52,183 bases of DNA from Octopus bimaculoides (taxonomy: Eukaryota). The notes beneath the pieces were generated by a model. It worked only from the letters and a program-made list of their open reading frames with translations. It had not been told where the DNA came from and searched no databases. Positions 50,348 through 52,183 of the stretch are shown piece by piece; position 1 is the first letter of the stretch, and each line of letters starts with the position of its first letter. Location of the stretch: the NCBI RefSeq assembly GCF_001194135.2, contig NC_068981.1, forward strand, positions 190,116,714-190,168,896, read 5' to 3'. The translations under genes were made by a program, and so were the position numbers.

Positions 50348-50752
50348 GGTGCAGGAGTGGCTGTGTGGTAAGTAGATTGTTTACCAACCACATGGTTCTG
50401 GGTTCAGTCTCATTGCATGGCACCTTGGGCAAGTGTCTTCTACTATAACCTCGGGCCGACCAAAGCCTTGTGAGTGAATTTGGTAGACGGAAACTGAAAG
50501 AAGCCCGTCGTATATATGTATATGTATATATATGTGCGTGTTTGTGCGTCTGTGTTTGTCCCCCCAACATCGCTTGACAACCGATGCTGGTGTGTTTACG
50601 ACCCCGTAACTTAGCAGTTCGGCAAAAGAAACCGATAGAATAAGTACTAGGCTTACAAAGAATAAGTCCTGGGGTCGATTTGCTCAACTAAAGGCGGTGC
50701 TCCAGCATGGCCGCAGTCAAATGACTGAAACAAGTAAAAGAGTAAAAAGAGT
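50348..50752 (+). mobile_element. SINE group A, best-preserved full copy
   Basis: A-box-like GGAGTGGCTGTGTGG, B-box-like GGTTCAGTCTC, central (TA)n, GAGTAAAA tail; TTTTAACATGGTGC repeated at 50339 and 50764 (possible TSD). Confidence 0.9.
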
Positions 50753-51249
50753 TTACAGGATGCTTTTAACATGGTGCCAACATTGGTGCTTCTCTTGTGA
50801 CACCAGTGCTTTAACATGCCACCAGCATGGGCGTTTTTGACATGGCACCAGTTCCAGTACTTTTAAAGTGGCACCAGGCACATACATTAGAAATCTTGAA
50901 CTATTTCACTGATTTTCGATAAAAAGTGCAAATATTTTAGAAATTTAATGAGCAAAAACGTAAAAGAAAAAATTAGCTAAAGAAAAAAAATGAAATGAAA
51001 TAAAATAAAATAAAAGATTAAATTAGGCGGAAACCTGTTAGAATTGAACAAATATTAAGGATTTAGATGGCATCAGTTCTGATGATGATAGGGAAGTCGA
51101 ATTGAATTAGCACAGTCGGTGATGATGATGGCGGTAAGTACGGAGGAGAGGAAAGGGCAGATTTTTCTGATGGTATCTTGGATGAAAAAGAAAAGAAAAA
51201 TTAAATCGTAAAGGTAAAAAAACAACTGCATAAAAAGCAAAAATAAAAG

Positions 51250-51280
<31 letters not shown>

Positions 51281-51499
51281 ATTAACGAATACAATCAAAT
51301 AAGAGAAGTCTTTGTAATTCTATAATAAATAATCGTTTTAAACATCTTCTTTAACGAAAATTTATGCCAGATCTGATGACTCAGTTTGATTCGGAAGACA
51401 ATAGTTTGACGAAGCAGCAGAGGTTTATTATAGACACGGAGGAGTGGAGTGGTGTTAAGTTGGCAGTACTCTTTTGTATGGAAATCATTAAAACAATAC

Positions 51500-51712
51500 G
51501 AATTGGAAGAATGGCTGTGGTGGTAGTGGTGGTGATGGTGGTGGTCGTAGTGGTAGTGTTGTTGTTGTTGGTGGTGTTGTTGGAAGTGGTAGTGTTGCTG
51601 TTGTTGGTGGTGGTGGGTGGTAAGGGTAATGATGGTGATGGGGAGGTGGCGACATCATCAATGTCATCGTCGCCATCATCATGGTCATCACCATCATCAT
51701 CATCATCATCAA
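51500..51712. repeat. (GGT/GTT/ATC)n low complexity
   Basis: visible. Confidence 0.9.
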
Positions 51713-52183
51713 CCTTATCTACATATTTATTAACAAGGGAGCTCTTCTTTGTAGTGTCAATGAGAGAGAAAAGTGATGGAGATAAGTGAGTTAGAGAAAG
51801 GAGAGAGGACGACATAGCAACAAGCTAACAAGCTGAGCGCTGAAGTCCACTGATGCCAAAATTCCTCAACTTTCACTTTTCTGTGTTTGCATGGAACAGG
51901 CAGGCTTTGTCAAGGCAGAATTTCCTGTGGTCAGGTGTTTTCCAGTTACCAACTCTTACCTGTTCTAAGCAAGCTGATGGCTGGGAATATATATATATAT
52001 ATATATATATAATTATTTAAAATTATAATACAGGGTATCAAGAGATACCACCACGCTGAAAAAATAGCAGTCAAATCCTGACTCTAAAACCACAATAAAT
52101 GGTTTTTATTCCCATGCTGACCACTTGATAAGATCAATATTTTAAATATCGATCTTATCCTTATTTATATAAATATATATATA

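Noticed and set aside
51381-51815. Minus-strand ORF with acidic and Thr/Asn runs after a polypyrimidine tract
   Set aside because: Mostly trinucleotide repeat, no good donor site and no homology.

Overview
AT-rich animal genomic DNA, mostly non-coding, with several N-gaps sitting in (TA)n tracts. The repeat content looks like a coleoid cephalopod, probably Octopus (inferred from repeat recognition, not searched). No intact host gene is identifiable; most long ORFs in the track are microsatellite or N-gap artefacts. The window is dominated by: three tRNA-headed SINE groups (my labels A, C, D) with exchangeable tails; many 3' fragments of an RTE-clade LINE (label B; (GAT)n tail, 65-bp internal VNTR), one still attached to RT coding sequence; at least five R4/Dong-type RLE retrotransposon fragments associated with (TAA)n; mariner and Tc1 relics; TTAA-flanked piggyBac-like MITEs; and large compound microsatellites. 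The main signal is a ~330-bp insertion (46074-46399) combining Pol III A/B boxes, a structurally complete minimal type I hammerhead ribozyme with palindromic stem III, a 5' inverted duplication and a degenerate TSD. An unrelated element with similar architecture lies at 42.6-42.95 kb and a third hammerhead relic at 48.7 kb. Together they suggest Pol III-driven, ribozyme-carrying non-autonomous retroelements, possibly Penelope-dependent. Most coordinates are hand-read and approximate (about +/-10 bp).
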